A stretch of 64,000 nucleotides of DNA, from positions 7,650 to 71,649 of the forward strand of contig VGOG01000003.1 in NCBI GenBank assembly GCA_016875995.1, given 5' to 3'. Positions 34,431 to 41,654 of this stretch are shown here, piece by piece. A program made the translations under genes and the position numbers. Every line of letters begins with the position of its first letter. Within the stretch, counting starts at the first letter, position 1. Origin of the DNA: Chloroflexota bacterium. GTDB taxonomy: Bacteria; Chloroflexota; Anaerolineae; VGOG01. The notes under the pieces were generated by a model. The model was not told the DNA's origin and did no database searches. It saw only the letters and a list, made by a program, of their open reading frames with translations.

Positions 34431-35084
34431 TTGGAAAAACTTCGCTGTGCTAGATGTGGGGTGTGGGCGTGCCGGGCCGAGCCTGGCAGCGAAAAGTATC
34501 CGCCTTTTTGCCCCATGACTACGGAGCCAGCCATTCTCTCCACCGCAGAGGAGGCATATCTAAGCCAGGACGATCTGCGAGAGTTCGCCCTGGCCGCTGC
34601 TCGCACCGAGGCAGCAGGATATGGCAAGGAGCCTCGGGTGGAAGAAATCATGAACTTCGCCCGGCGCATCGGCGCGCGGCGGCTGGGCGTCGCCAGTTGC
34701 ATCGGCCTCATCCGCGAGGCTCGTCTTTTGCAGGAGATCTTAGAGGCCAATGGGTTCGAGGTGGACAGTGTCTGTTGCAAAGTGGGCTCCATTGACAAGG
34801 AGAAAATCGGCCTGAAAGACGAAGAAAAGATACACCCTGGGCAATACGAGTCCCTGTGCAACCCTGTGGGGCAGGCTATGTTGCTGAACGAAGCCGGCAC
34901 AGAGCTGAACATCGTGGTGGGGCTGTGTGTGGGCCACGACAGCCTGTTCTTCAAACATTCCGAGGCCCCGGTCACGGTGTTGGTAGCCAAAGACCGCGTT
35001 ACAGGCCACAACCCAGTAGCAGCTCTTTACACCAGCCATTCCTACTACCAGCGGCTGCGACTAGGGAAGGGAGAACAGCCATGA
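34431..35084 (+). CDS. DUF1847 domain-containing protein
   Basis: CARCGVWACR...YPPFCPM...GLCVGHDSLF...VAKDRVTGHNP. TTG start. Confidence 0.72.
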   Translation: MEKLRCARCGVWACRAEPGSEKYPPFCPMTTEPAILSTAEEAYLSQDDLREFALAAARTEAAGYGKEPRVEEIMNFARRIGARRLGVASCIGLIREARLLQEILEANGFEVDSVCCKVGSIDKEKIGLKDEEKIHPGQYESLCNPVGQAMLLNEAGTELNIVVGLCVGHDSLFFKHSEAPVTVLVAKDRVTGHNPVAALYTSHSYYQRLRLGKGEQP

Positions 35085-36055
35085 TCATCGCCGTGGCCAG
35101 CGGCAAAGGCGGCACGGGCAAGACCACCGTGGCGGTGAATCTGGCGTTCTCGATAGCGTCTCAGCGTCCTAGCGTCAAAGCGTCTAAGCATCAAAGCGAT
35201 AAGAGGGCTGAGGCGCTGGGCCGCTACGATGCTAAGATGCTGTTTTTGGATTGCGATGTAGAAGAGCCCAATGCCCACCTTTTTCTAAATCCCACCATCG
35301 AACGCCGGGAGGAGGTGGGCATCCTCATCCCGGAGGTGGACTACAGCAAGTGCACCTTCTGTGGGCGCTGTGCGGAGGTGTGCGCCTACCACGCCATCGC
35401 CGTCGTGAAGCAGCAGGTGCTCATCTTCCCTGAGCTTTGCCACGGCTGCGGCAGTTGCACCCTGAATTGTCCTGAGAAAGCCATCCACGAGGTGCTGAAG
35501 GTAACGGGGGTTATCGAGGAAGGATGGGCCCTTGCCCAACCTCAAAGTTCAAAGCTCAAAGCTCAAACAGGGCAGGCACGGATTATCCGTTTCGCTCACG
35601 GTATTTTGAACATTGGCGAGCCAATGGCCGTGCCTGTCATCCGCCAGTTGAAGAAGCGCATCGGGGAGGCGGACTTGCATCCGCACTCAATGGTCATACT
35701 GGATGCCTCGCCGGGCACTGCCTGTCCGGTGGTGGAGACCATGCGTGGGGCCGACTTCGTGTTGATGGTCACCGAGCCGACCCCCTTTGGCCTGCACGAT
35801 CTGAAGCTGGCCGTCGAAGTGGCCCGCGACGAGCTGGGGCTGCCCGTGGGGGTGGTGATCAACCGCGACGGCGTGGGCGACCGGGGCGTGGAGGACTACT
35901 GCGCCGCCGAGGGCATCCCCATCCTGATGCGCATCCCCCTCGACCGGCGCATCGCTGAGGCCTACTCAGAGGGAGTAGTAATGGTGGAAGCTTTGCCGGA
36001 GTATCGAGAGCGATTGGTCAAGCTGTACCGCCGCATCGCAGAGGAGGCCCGATGA
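35081..36055 (+). CDS. MinD/ParA-type P-loop ATPase with an inserted 2x[4Fe-4S] ferredoxin domain (COG1149-type)
   Basis: MIIAVASGKGGTGKTT...CTFCGRCAEVC...CHGCGSCTLNCP. The start overlaps the DUF1847 stop (ATGA). The track ORF 34856 is an upstream extension. Confidence 0.85.
   Translation: MIIAVASGKGGTGKTTVAVNLAFSIASQRPSVKASKHQSDKRAEALGRYDAKMLFLDCDVEEPNAHLFLNPTIERREEVGILIPEVDYSKCTFCGRCAEVCAYHAIAVVKQQVLIFPELCHGCGSCTLNCPEKAIHEVLKVTGVIEEGWALAQPQSSKLKAQTGQARIIRFAHGILNIGEPMAVPVIRQLKKRIGEADLHPHSMVILDASPGTACPVVETMRGADFVLMVTEPTPFGLHDLKLAVEVARDELGLPVGVVINRDGVGDRGVEDYCAAEGIPILMRIPLDRRIAEAYSEGVVMVEALPEYRERLVKLYRRIAEEAR
35155..35243. repeat. stuttered palindromic element inserted in-frame (AGCGTC/GATGCT units)
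   Basis: agcgtctcagcgtcctagcgtcaaagcgtctaagcatc...gctacgatgctaagatgctg encodes SQRPSVKASKHQSDKRAEALGRYDAKM. It sits between the P-loop helix and the LFLDCDVEEPN motif. Confidence 0.6.
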
Positions 36056-37008
36056 AGCAACTGGTCATTCTCAGCGGCAAAGGGGGCACCGGCAAGACCA
36101 CGGTAGCGGCGGCGCTGGCTCACCTGGCCTCAAGGGAAATGCCCATCGTCCTGGCCGACGCCGACGTGGACGCGGCCAACCTGGAGTTGGTATTGTCTCC
36201 AGAGGTGCAGGAGACCCACGACTTCGTCGGCGGCAAACTGGCTATCATTGACCCCGACCTGTGCACCGCCTGCGGCATCTGCGCCGAGGTCTGTCGTTTT
36301 GAGGCTGTCGTTCCGCCCTCACCCCCACCTCCCCATCCCCCCTCCCCCTCTCCCAACCTTGGGAGAGGGGGAGGGGGGCGCAGGGGGGAGAGGGTGAGGG
36401 CCTACGCCATAGACCCCATCGCCTGCGAGGGCTGCGCCTCCTGCTTCTACCAGTGTCCGGCAGGGGCCATCCGCATGGAGGAGCAAGTGGCCGGGCGGTG
36501 GTTCCACTCCGATACCCGTTTCGGCCCCCTCTTTCATGCTCACCTCTTCGCCGCGCAAGAGAACTCCGGCAAGCTGGTGACGCTGGTCAAACAGCAGGGG
36601 CGACTGCGGGCTCTGGACGAGGGGCGTGAGCTGCTCATCGTGGATGGCCCGCCAGGCATCGGCTGTCCGGTCATCGCCGCCAGCGCGGGGGCCGACCTGG
36701 CCCTGCTGGTGGTGGAGCCCACTGTCTCCGGCGTCCACGACCTGGAGCGCATCCTGACCACCACCAACCACTTTGGCGTGCCGGCCCTGGTCTGCATCAA
36801 CAAGGCCGACATCAACCCACGGCGGGCCAAGGAAATCGCCGCTTTCTGTGCCACGCAGGGGATCGCGTTGGTGGGACAGGTGCCCTTTGACACCGTGGTT
36901 ACTGAGGCCATGGTGCAGGGCCTGCCGGTGACGGCCTTCAGCGATGGCCTGGTGAGCCGAGCATTGCGGTGCATCTGGGCACGAACCAGGGAGGTATTGA
37001 GGCCATGA
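36052..37008 (+). CDS. MinD/ParA-type P-loop ATPase with an inserted ferredoxin domain (second paralog)
   Basis: ILSGKGGTGKTT...CTACGICAEVC...CEGCASCFYQCP. Confidence 0.85.
   Translation: MKQLVILSGKGGTGKTTVAAALAHLASREMPIVLADADVDAANLELVLSPEVQETHDFVGGKLAIIDPDLCTACGICAEVCRFEAVVPPSPPPPHPPSPSPNLGRGGGGRRGERVRAYAIDPIACEGCASCFYQCPAGAIRMEEQVAGRWFHSDTRFGPLFHAHLFAAQENSGKLVTLVKQQGRLRALDEGRELLIVDGPPGIGCPVIAASAGADLALLVVEPTVSGVHDLERILTTTNHFGVPALVCINKADINPRRAKEIAAFCATQGIALVGQVPFDTVVTEAMVQGLPVTAFSDGLVSRALRCIWARTREVLRP
36316..36400. repeat. about 85-nt GC-rich imperfect palindrome inserted in-frame between the two Fe-S motifs
   Basis: gccctcacccccacctccccatcccccctccccctctcccaaccttgggagagggggaggggggcgcaggggggagagggtgagggc encodes PPSPPPPHPPSPSPNLGRGGGGRRGERVRA. 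Confidence 0.8.
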
Positions 37009-37143
37009 CCGACAAGGGGCAATTTGACATTGCCTGCACTTCTGTTTATGATTATGAGAGGGTGAGCGCAAGATCCAGAGGTACGTCAGGAGGATAACTT
37101 CGTCAAAGGCAATGCACCAACTGTGCAATGCTACCCGGTCTCG

Positions 37144-38217
37144 TCAGGTAAATCGGCTACGATTGGCAGCCAGCGCGACGATGTGGCTGGCCATGTCGGG
37201 GTAACTGAAACCGGCTACTTCCGCCGCCAGAGCAAAGCTCCCGTCGTCGCAGATGTCAGGATTGGGGTTAACATCCAGCACGTAAGATACACCGTCCCGC
37301 ACGCGGATGTCCATCCGTCCGTAGTCACGGCAACCCAGGGCCCGATAGGCAGTCACGGCCACGGTCTCGATGCGGGCCTTGAGCCCGCCATCCACCGGCG
37401 CCGGGCACAGGGTGCGGATCAAACGGTACGGAAGTGATCCCGGCTCCCACTTCGACTCGTAGGTGCACAGGCGGTCGTGCACATCGCCAAAGGCGGAGAA
37501 GTCCATCTCCGCCAGGGGGAGCACCTGGGGGCGGCCATTGCCCCACACCGCCACGTGGAATTCGCGGCCGTCAATGAAGTCCTCCACCAGAGCAGGCTGG
37601 TTGAACGTCTCCAGGACGTAGGCCACGCGGCGCTCCAGGTCCTGCGGCGTGTCCACTACCGCTTCTCGGGTGATGCCAAAGCTACAATGCTCGGCCACGG
37701 GCTTGACAATGGCCGGGAAGTGGTCCCACCCATCGGCCTCTGGTTGGCGAAATACACGTCCGCGTGGCGTGGAGATGTGGCGCGTGTGGAGAATTCTTTT
37801 GACCCGCCACTTATCCTGGGAGATGAGCAAGGTCTGGGCATCGGCACCCGTGTAACTGAAGCCCAGAGCTTCCAACACCCACGGCACTAGATGTTCTGCC
37901 TTGGGAGCACCTTCCAGGCCGTCGCACCAGTTGAAGATGATATCCTGTGACGGGTCGAAATCCCTGATCACGGCCTCCACGTCCCGGTGGACGGCTCGCG
38001 AGGTCATGGGATGCCCGGCCTCGATCAGCGCTGATTCTAACTTCTCGACGGCGGTCAGCACTTCTTGGAGGTCCGGCTCGCTCCAGGTTCTGTCCAGATT
38101 GTAGAGGAGTAGGACAGACGCTTTCGAGGTGCTCGTTCTCCGTGCCCACGGGGTTGGGCCGGAGACGTCCGGCTTGCGCACATTGCGGCCGCTCGTCTTT
38201 GCCGTAGCCTGCACCAT
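37144..38217 (-). CDS. ATP-grasp enzyme, D-alanine--D-alanine ligase family
   Basis: VLLLYNL...FNWCDGLEG...PAIVKPVAEHCSFGI...ALVEDFIDGREFHVAVWG...GRMDIRV...YVLDVNPNPD. Confidence 0.8.
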   Translation of the reverse strand: MVQATAKTSGRNVRKPDVSGPTPWARRTSTSKASVLLLYNLDRTWSEPDLQEVLTAVEKLESALIEAGHPMTSRAVHRDVEAVIRDFDPSQDIIFNWCDGLEGAPKAEHLVPWVLEALGFSYTGADAQTLLISQDKWRVKRILHTRHISTPRGRVFRQPEADGWDHFPAIVKPVAEHCSFGITREAVVDTPQDLERRVAYVLETFNQPALVEDFIDGREFHVAVWGNGRPQVLPLAEMDFSAFGDVHDRLCTYESKWEPGSLPYRLIRTLCPAPVDGGLKARIETVAVTAYRALGCRDYGRMDIRVRDGVSYVLDVNPNPDICDDGSFALAAEVAGFSYPDMASHIVALAANRSRFT

Positions 38218-38443
38218 GGCTCGTCTCCTCCTTGTTGTACGGCCGCTCGCAAGCCGTATGATTCTGCATGGCGGCCATCAGCACATCGGCCATGTCAACG
38301 TCTTGATTCCTGGCCTGCGTAAAGAATCAGCAGACAGATTTTAGCAGAGCTTCTGGGGTCTGTCAAATAGAGATAGTCCTTCTACCAAACAAAGTGACCG
38401 GTGGTTAATTTCAGTTACAGGAGCGGCCACTGGCGCGGAGCGC

Positions 38444-39223
38444 GTGTGGGCCGACTTCAACCCAGAGGAAGGCGAGCGGAGCATCATCGAGCGCTTCAAG
38501 TCCTTTGGCGTTTTCACCGTCGTCTTCGCCGGGCTGGTGGGTGTACTCAACCTTTGCGCCTTCGCCACGCTTATCTTCTTCGTCTCCTATCTGACGCTGA
38601 GCGGGCGCAAGGGGCGGGAGGTTCTGGTGGTGGGGGCGGCTTTCACCCTGGGCGTGTTCCTGGCCTACCTGGTGGTGGGGTTGGGCTTCTACAAAGTACT
38701 CGATCTGCTGGGCGACCTGCTGACGACGTTAGGACGCTGGGTGTATGGGCTGACCGCCCTGTTGTGTGTCGGGCTGGCGGTGTTCAGTTTCAACGATTTT
38801 CTCAAGGCCCGGCGGGGCGAGATCGGCGACATGGCGCTGAACCTGCCCCACGGGCTGCGGATGCGCATCAACGCCGTGATTCGCCGGGGGCGCAAATCGC
38901 AGGCCTTCGTCGCAGGAGCCTTCGTCACCGGTATAGTGGTATCGTTCCTGGAGCTGGCCTGCACGGGCCAGGTCTATCTGCCGACCATCGTTTTTGTGAT
39001 CAGCCAGCCGGCCATGCGGGTGCGGGCCTTGCTCTTCCTGGTGCTCTACAACCTGCTCTTCATCCTGCCGCTGGTGGTGGTTTTCATCCTGGTCTACTAC
39101 GGCAGTGCTGGCTCGAAGCAGTTGACTCACTTCCTCCAGCAGCGTGCGGCGACGGTCAAGCTGGGGATGGCGCTGCTCTTCGCAGCGCTGGCGACCTGGC
39201 TGACTGTCGGGATAATCGCATAA
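38444..39223 (+). CDS. DsbD_2/CcdA-like polytopic membrane protein (two conserved Cys: NLCAF, ELACTG)
   Basis: Six TM segments, with Cys in TM1 and TM4. GTG start. The family assignment is tentative. Confidence 0.5.
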   Translation: MWADFNPEEGERSIIERFKSFGVFTVVFAGLVGVLNLCAFATLIFFVSYLTLSGRKGREVLVVGAAFTLGVFLAYLVVGLGFYKVLDLLGDLLTTLGRWVYGLTALLCVGLAVFSFNDFLKARRGEIGDMALNLPHGLRMRINAVIRRGRKSQAFVAGAFVTGIVVSFLELACTGQVYLPTIVFVISQPAMRVRALLFLVLYNLLFILPLVVVFILVYYGSAGSKQLTHFLQQRAATVKLGMALLFAALATWLTVGIIA

Positions 39224-39299
39224 GATCAAGCTCACGCTGAACCTGTTTGTCCTGGCAGCAAAGCAGTGAAAATCCTGGCCAAGCCTATGAAATTGGGTA

Positions 39300-39328
39300 T
39301 TGATTTTTGCCTCAGTCTGTGGTACAAT
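39300..39328 (+). promoter_or_regulatory. sigma70-like promoter (distal) upstream of the island operon
   Basis: TTGATT-17 nt-TACAAT with an extended TG. Confidence 0.45.
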
Positions 39329-39459
39329 AAATAGTAGAGATTGGAGGGTAGCATCGTCGTAGTCCTTGTTCCAGACTAGTTCACCGAGGAGGGTAGTGTG
39401 AATGATTGACAGCCATCTTCTATCCTGGGAGCAATCCTAGTAGGCGGTTGGCTGTTTAT

Positions 39460-39488
39460 TTGTGCCGGCGCCGCCGTTGCGATATAAT
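39460..39488 (+). promoter_or_regulatory. sigma70-like promoter (proximal) upstream of the island operon
   Basis: TTGTGC-17 nt-TATAAT, 154 nt before the methyltransferase ATG. Confidence 0.45.
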
Positions 39489-39641
39489 TGGGGTGAGCTG
39501 ACTTCCACGGCGACACCGGCGCGCTGGAGGCAGGTTGGCAGTAGCATAAACGGAGCAAATACTTCTGTACCGCAGTGGCTCGTTGCCTGTCATCATAACT
39601 ATCGCGCAACAGGGTTCATTCGCTTTTGGGTATCAAGTTTA

Positions 39642-41642
39642 ATGACTAAGCCCGAGAACCTCCAAAACATACTCACAGAGATAGCACAGGATGTTGCCAG
39701 CAAAAGTGACAGCCGAATTGCTGCGGAAGCTTTTGACGTCTACAGACGATGTTTGGAGCCTCTTGCAGAACCTTATGTTCGCAATGGGTTTCTCGATGAG
39801 GACAAGGCACTGCCCCGTTTCTTGTCTGAGACAGCTACCTTACATTTGGTCGTGTCACTTATCCCTCAGTGGTGTGCTGTGCATAATCTCGGCTGCGCAG
39901 AGAGTTTCTGGGATATCCATCCAGAAGCACGTTTTTTCTCATGGTACAAAGTCCCAAAGGCACTTTCATCCGAAATAAGAAACTGGGTTATCGCTCACTC
40001 AGATATTACCGATGTGCTTCAAGCTGTCGCTCTAGTTGCAGAGAGTTCTCTAGCAGGACTCAGACGTCGTTCCCTGGGAGAGTTCTTCACTCCTACTGAG
40101 ATAGCTCAGCACTTGGTGGCTCTCACTGATTATGATCCCCTCACAATGCTTGAATATAAGGTGGCTGATCCAGCTTGTGGGAGCGGAAATCTGTTAGCGG
40201 CTGTGGTTGCAAAGACTGTTCAGGCAGCGCAATCAGGTTTACTAGACCCAGTTACAGCTATCTCCAGCATAAATCGTAATATCTGCGGCTTTGACATACA
40301 GCCTATTGCAATCCTTTTGACTCGACTCCAACTCCTACTTGCGAGTCTGTCTATTCTAAAGTGCTCTGGATTGTCCGACACGAATGTGTACGAAACCTTA
40401 TCGTTTCCTTGTGTGCAATTACGTGATCCGCTCTCAACTCCTGAAGATCTTTGGGACTTGTTTGCGCCATTTGACATTGTAATAGGCAATCCGCCTTTTC
40501 TGAAAGTAACCAAAAAGCAGTTGCCTTTCGTGACACACTATAAGGATATTCTAGCAGGCCAGCCCAATCTCTATCAGTTGTTCCTATGGTGGGCTATACG
40601 GGCAACTCGAGTTGGGGGTCGTGTGACCTTCTTGGTTCCTCAATCCATGAGGGCAGGACAATACCTTCGCAAGCTACGCAGGGAGATTGCCAACACCTGT
40701 GAGATGACTGCTATCACCTGCTTTGTGGATCGTACTGGCGTGTTTGACTCCGTGGATCAGCAGATGATGATCTTAGCCCTAAGAAAGCTAACAGAAGAGT
40801 CGAAGAGGGCTGATGTTGCTGTCCAGATAAGCGCAAATGGGCAATCACTGGCGCGCCGGTCTGTGTTAAAAGTAGGCCAGGATCAGTTGGTTTGGATGCA
40901 AGAAGATAAGCCTATCTGGTGTATCTCAAATGAGATGATGGATTATGCGATTCTGGCCAAAGTGTGTGAGGGACAACCTGTTCTAGGAAGATCGAAGGAG
41001 TTCAAGATCCTCAACGGTGGTTTCGTGTGGAATCAACACAAGGAAAGATTGAGATCAACAGAAAGCGATAACACATTACCACTTATCTCCTCCGCTTCAA
41101 TAGGTGTTCATCAATTTACGTTCCCGCCGTCTGGTAAGCGGGTTTCCCAACGATTGTTTGCAGACGCAACACCCCCAATCGCGGAACCTACTCATAAGAC
41201 TCGACCTATTCTGCTGAAGCGCACTACTCCAAGAAAAGCGAGAGGGCGACGAATTGTCGCAGCCCTGTTGTCCGATGATTTTCTTGCTAAATACCCAACC
41301 TACTTTGTGGAAAATCATGTTAATCTCATTTGTGCAACACAGCGTAGCACAGCAGACCGCCATCTGTCTGGACTTTCCGCTTGGCTCAACTCCAGACTAG
41401 CCAACTTCGTCTTCAGTATGATGAATGGGTCATCTCATCTATCGAAGTTTGAGCTGGAACTCATACCTGCGCCTATGCCCCTGTTGGGAGAATTGAGCGA
41501 TCTTGCCAACACCTTGCTCACTAGCCCCACTGAGAAGCGGCGTGAGATACTGAACCAGATCGATACGAGCGCGTTCAAGTTCTTCGGGCTTTCGCCGGAG
41601 GAATCTCATCGAGTTATGCAAGTAGTCCCGCCTGTTATTTAG
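39642..41642 (+). CDS. N6-adenine DNA methyltransferase, gamma class (Eco57I-type catalytic domain with a TaqI-like C-terminal target-recognition region); no nuclease domain
   Basis: GEFFTP (40077-40094), ADPACGSGNLL (motif I, 40167-40196) and VIGNPPF (motif IV; NPPF 40488-40499). Start set at ATG 39642. The track start 39462 lies in the higher-G+C leader. Confidence 0.88.
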   Translation: MTKPENLQNILTEIAQDVASKSDSRIAAEAFDVYRRCLEPLAEPYVRNGFLDEDKALPRFLSETATLHLVVSLIPQWCAVHNLGCAESFWDIHPEARFFSWYKVPKALSSEIRNWVIAHSDITDVLQAVALVAESSLAGLRRRSLGEFFTPTEIAQHLVALTDYDPLTMLEYKVADPACGSGNLLAAVVAKTVQAAQSGLLDPVTAISSINRNICGFDIQPIAILLTRLQLLLASLSILKCSGLSDTNVYETLSFPCVQLRDPLSTPEDLWDLFAPFDIVIGNPPFLKVTKKQLPFVTHYKDILAGQPNLYQLFLWWAIRATRVGGRVTFLVPQSMRAGQYLRKLRREIANTCEMTAITCFVDRTGVFDSVDQQMMILALRKLTEESKRADVAVQISANGQSLARRSVLKVGQDQLVWMQEDKPIWCISNEMMDYAILAKVCEGQPVLGRSKEFKILNGGFVWNQHKERLRSTESDNTLPLISSASIGVHQFTFPPSGKRVSQRLFADATPPIAEPTHKTRPILLKRTTPRKARGRRIVAALLSDDFLAKYPTYFVENHVNLICATQRSTADRHLSGLSAWLNSRLANFVFSMMNGSSHLSKFELELIPAPMPLLGELSDLANTLLTSPTEKRREILNQIDTSAFKFFGLSPEESHRVMQVVPPVI

Positions 41643-41654
41643 GGAGCGAGCGTT

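Noticed and set aside
34856-35080. 75-codon upstream extension of the first MinD-ferredoxin ATPase
   Set aside because: It overlaps the DUF1847 gene in another frame. The P-loop protein starts naturally at ATG 35081 (MIIAVASGKGGTGKTT) with an ATGA stop-start overlap.
38401-39240. 279-aa alternative-frame ORF over the DsbD-like gene
   Set aside because: An Arg/Gly/Pro-rich shadow. The 38444 frame encodes regular TM helices.
39376-39609. 77-aa minus-strand ORF in the island leader
   Set aside because: No RBS and no motifs. It overlaps the predicted promoters for the plus-strand operon.
39462-39641. 60-codon upstream extension of the methyltransferase ORF
   Set aside because: Its composition differs from the gene body, being GC-rich and leader-like. 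It contains a promoter-like site, and the conserved-looking protein begins at ATG 39642. The true start remains unverified.
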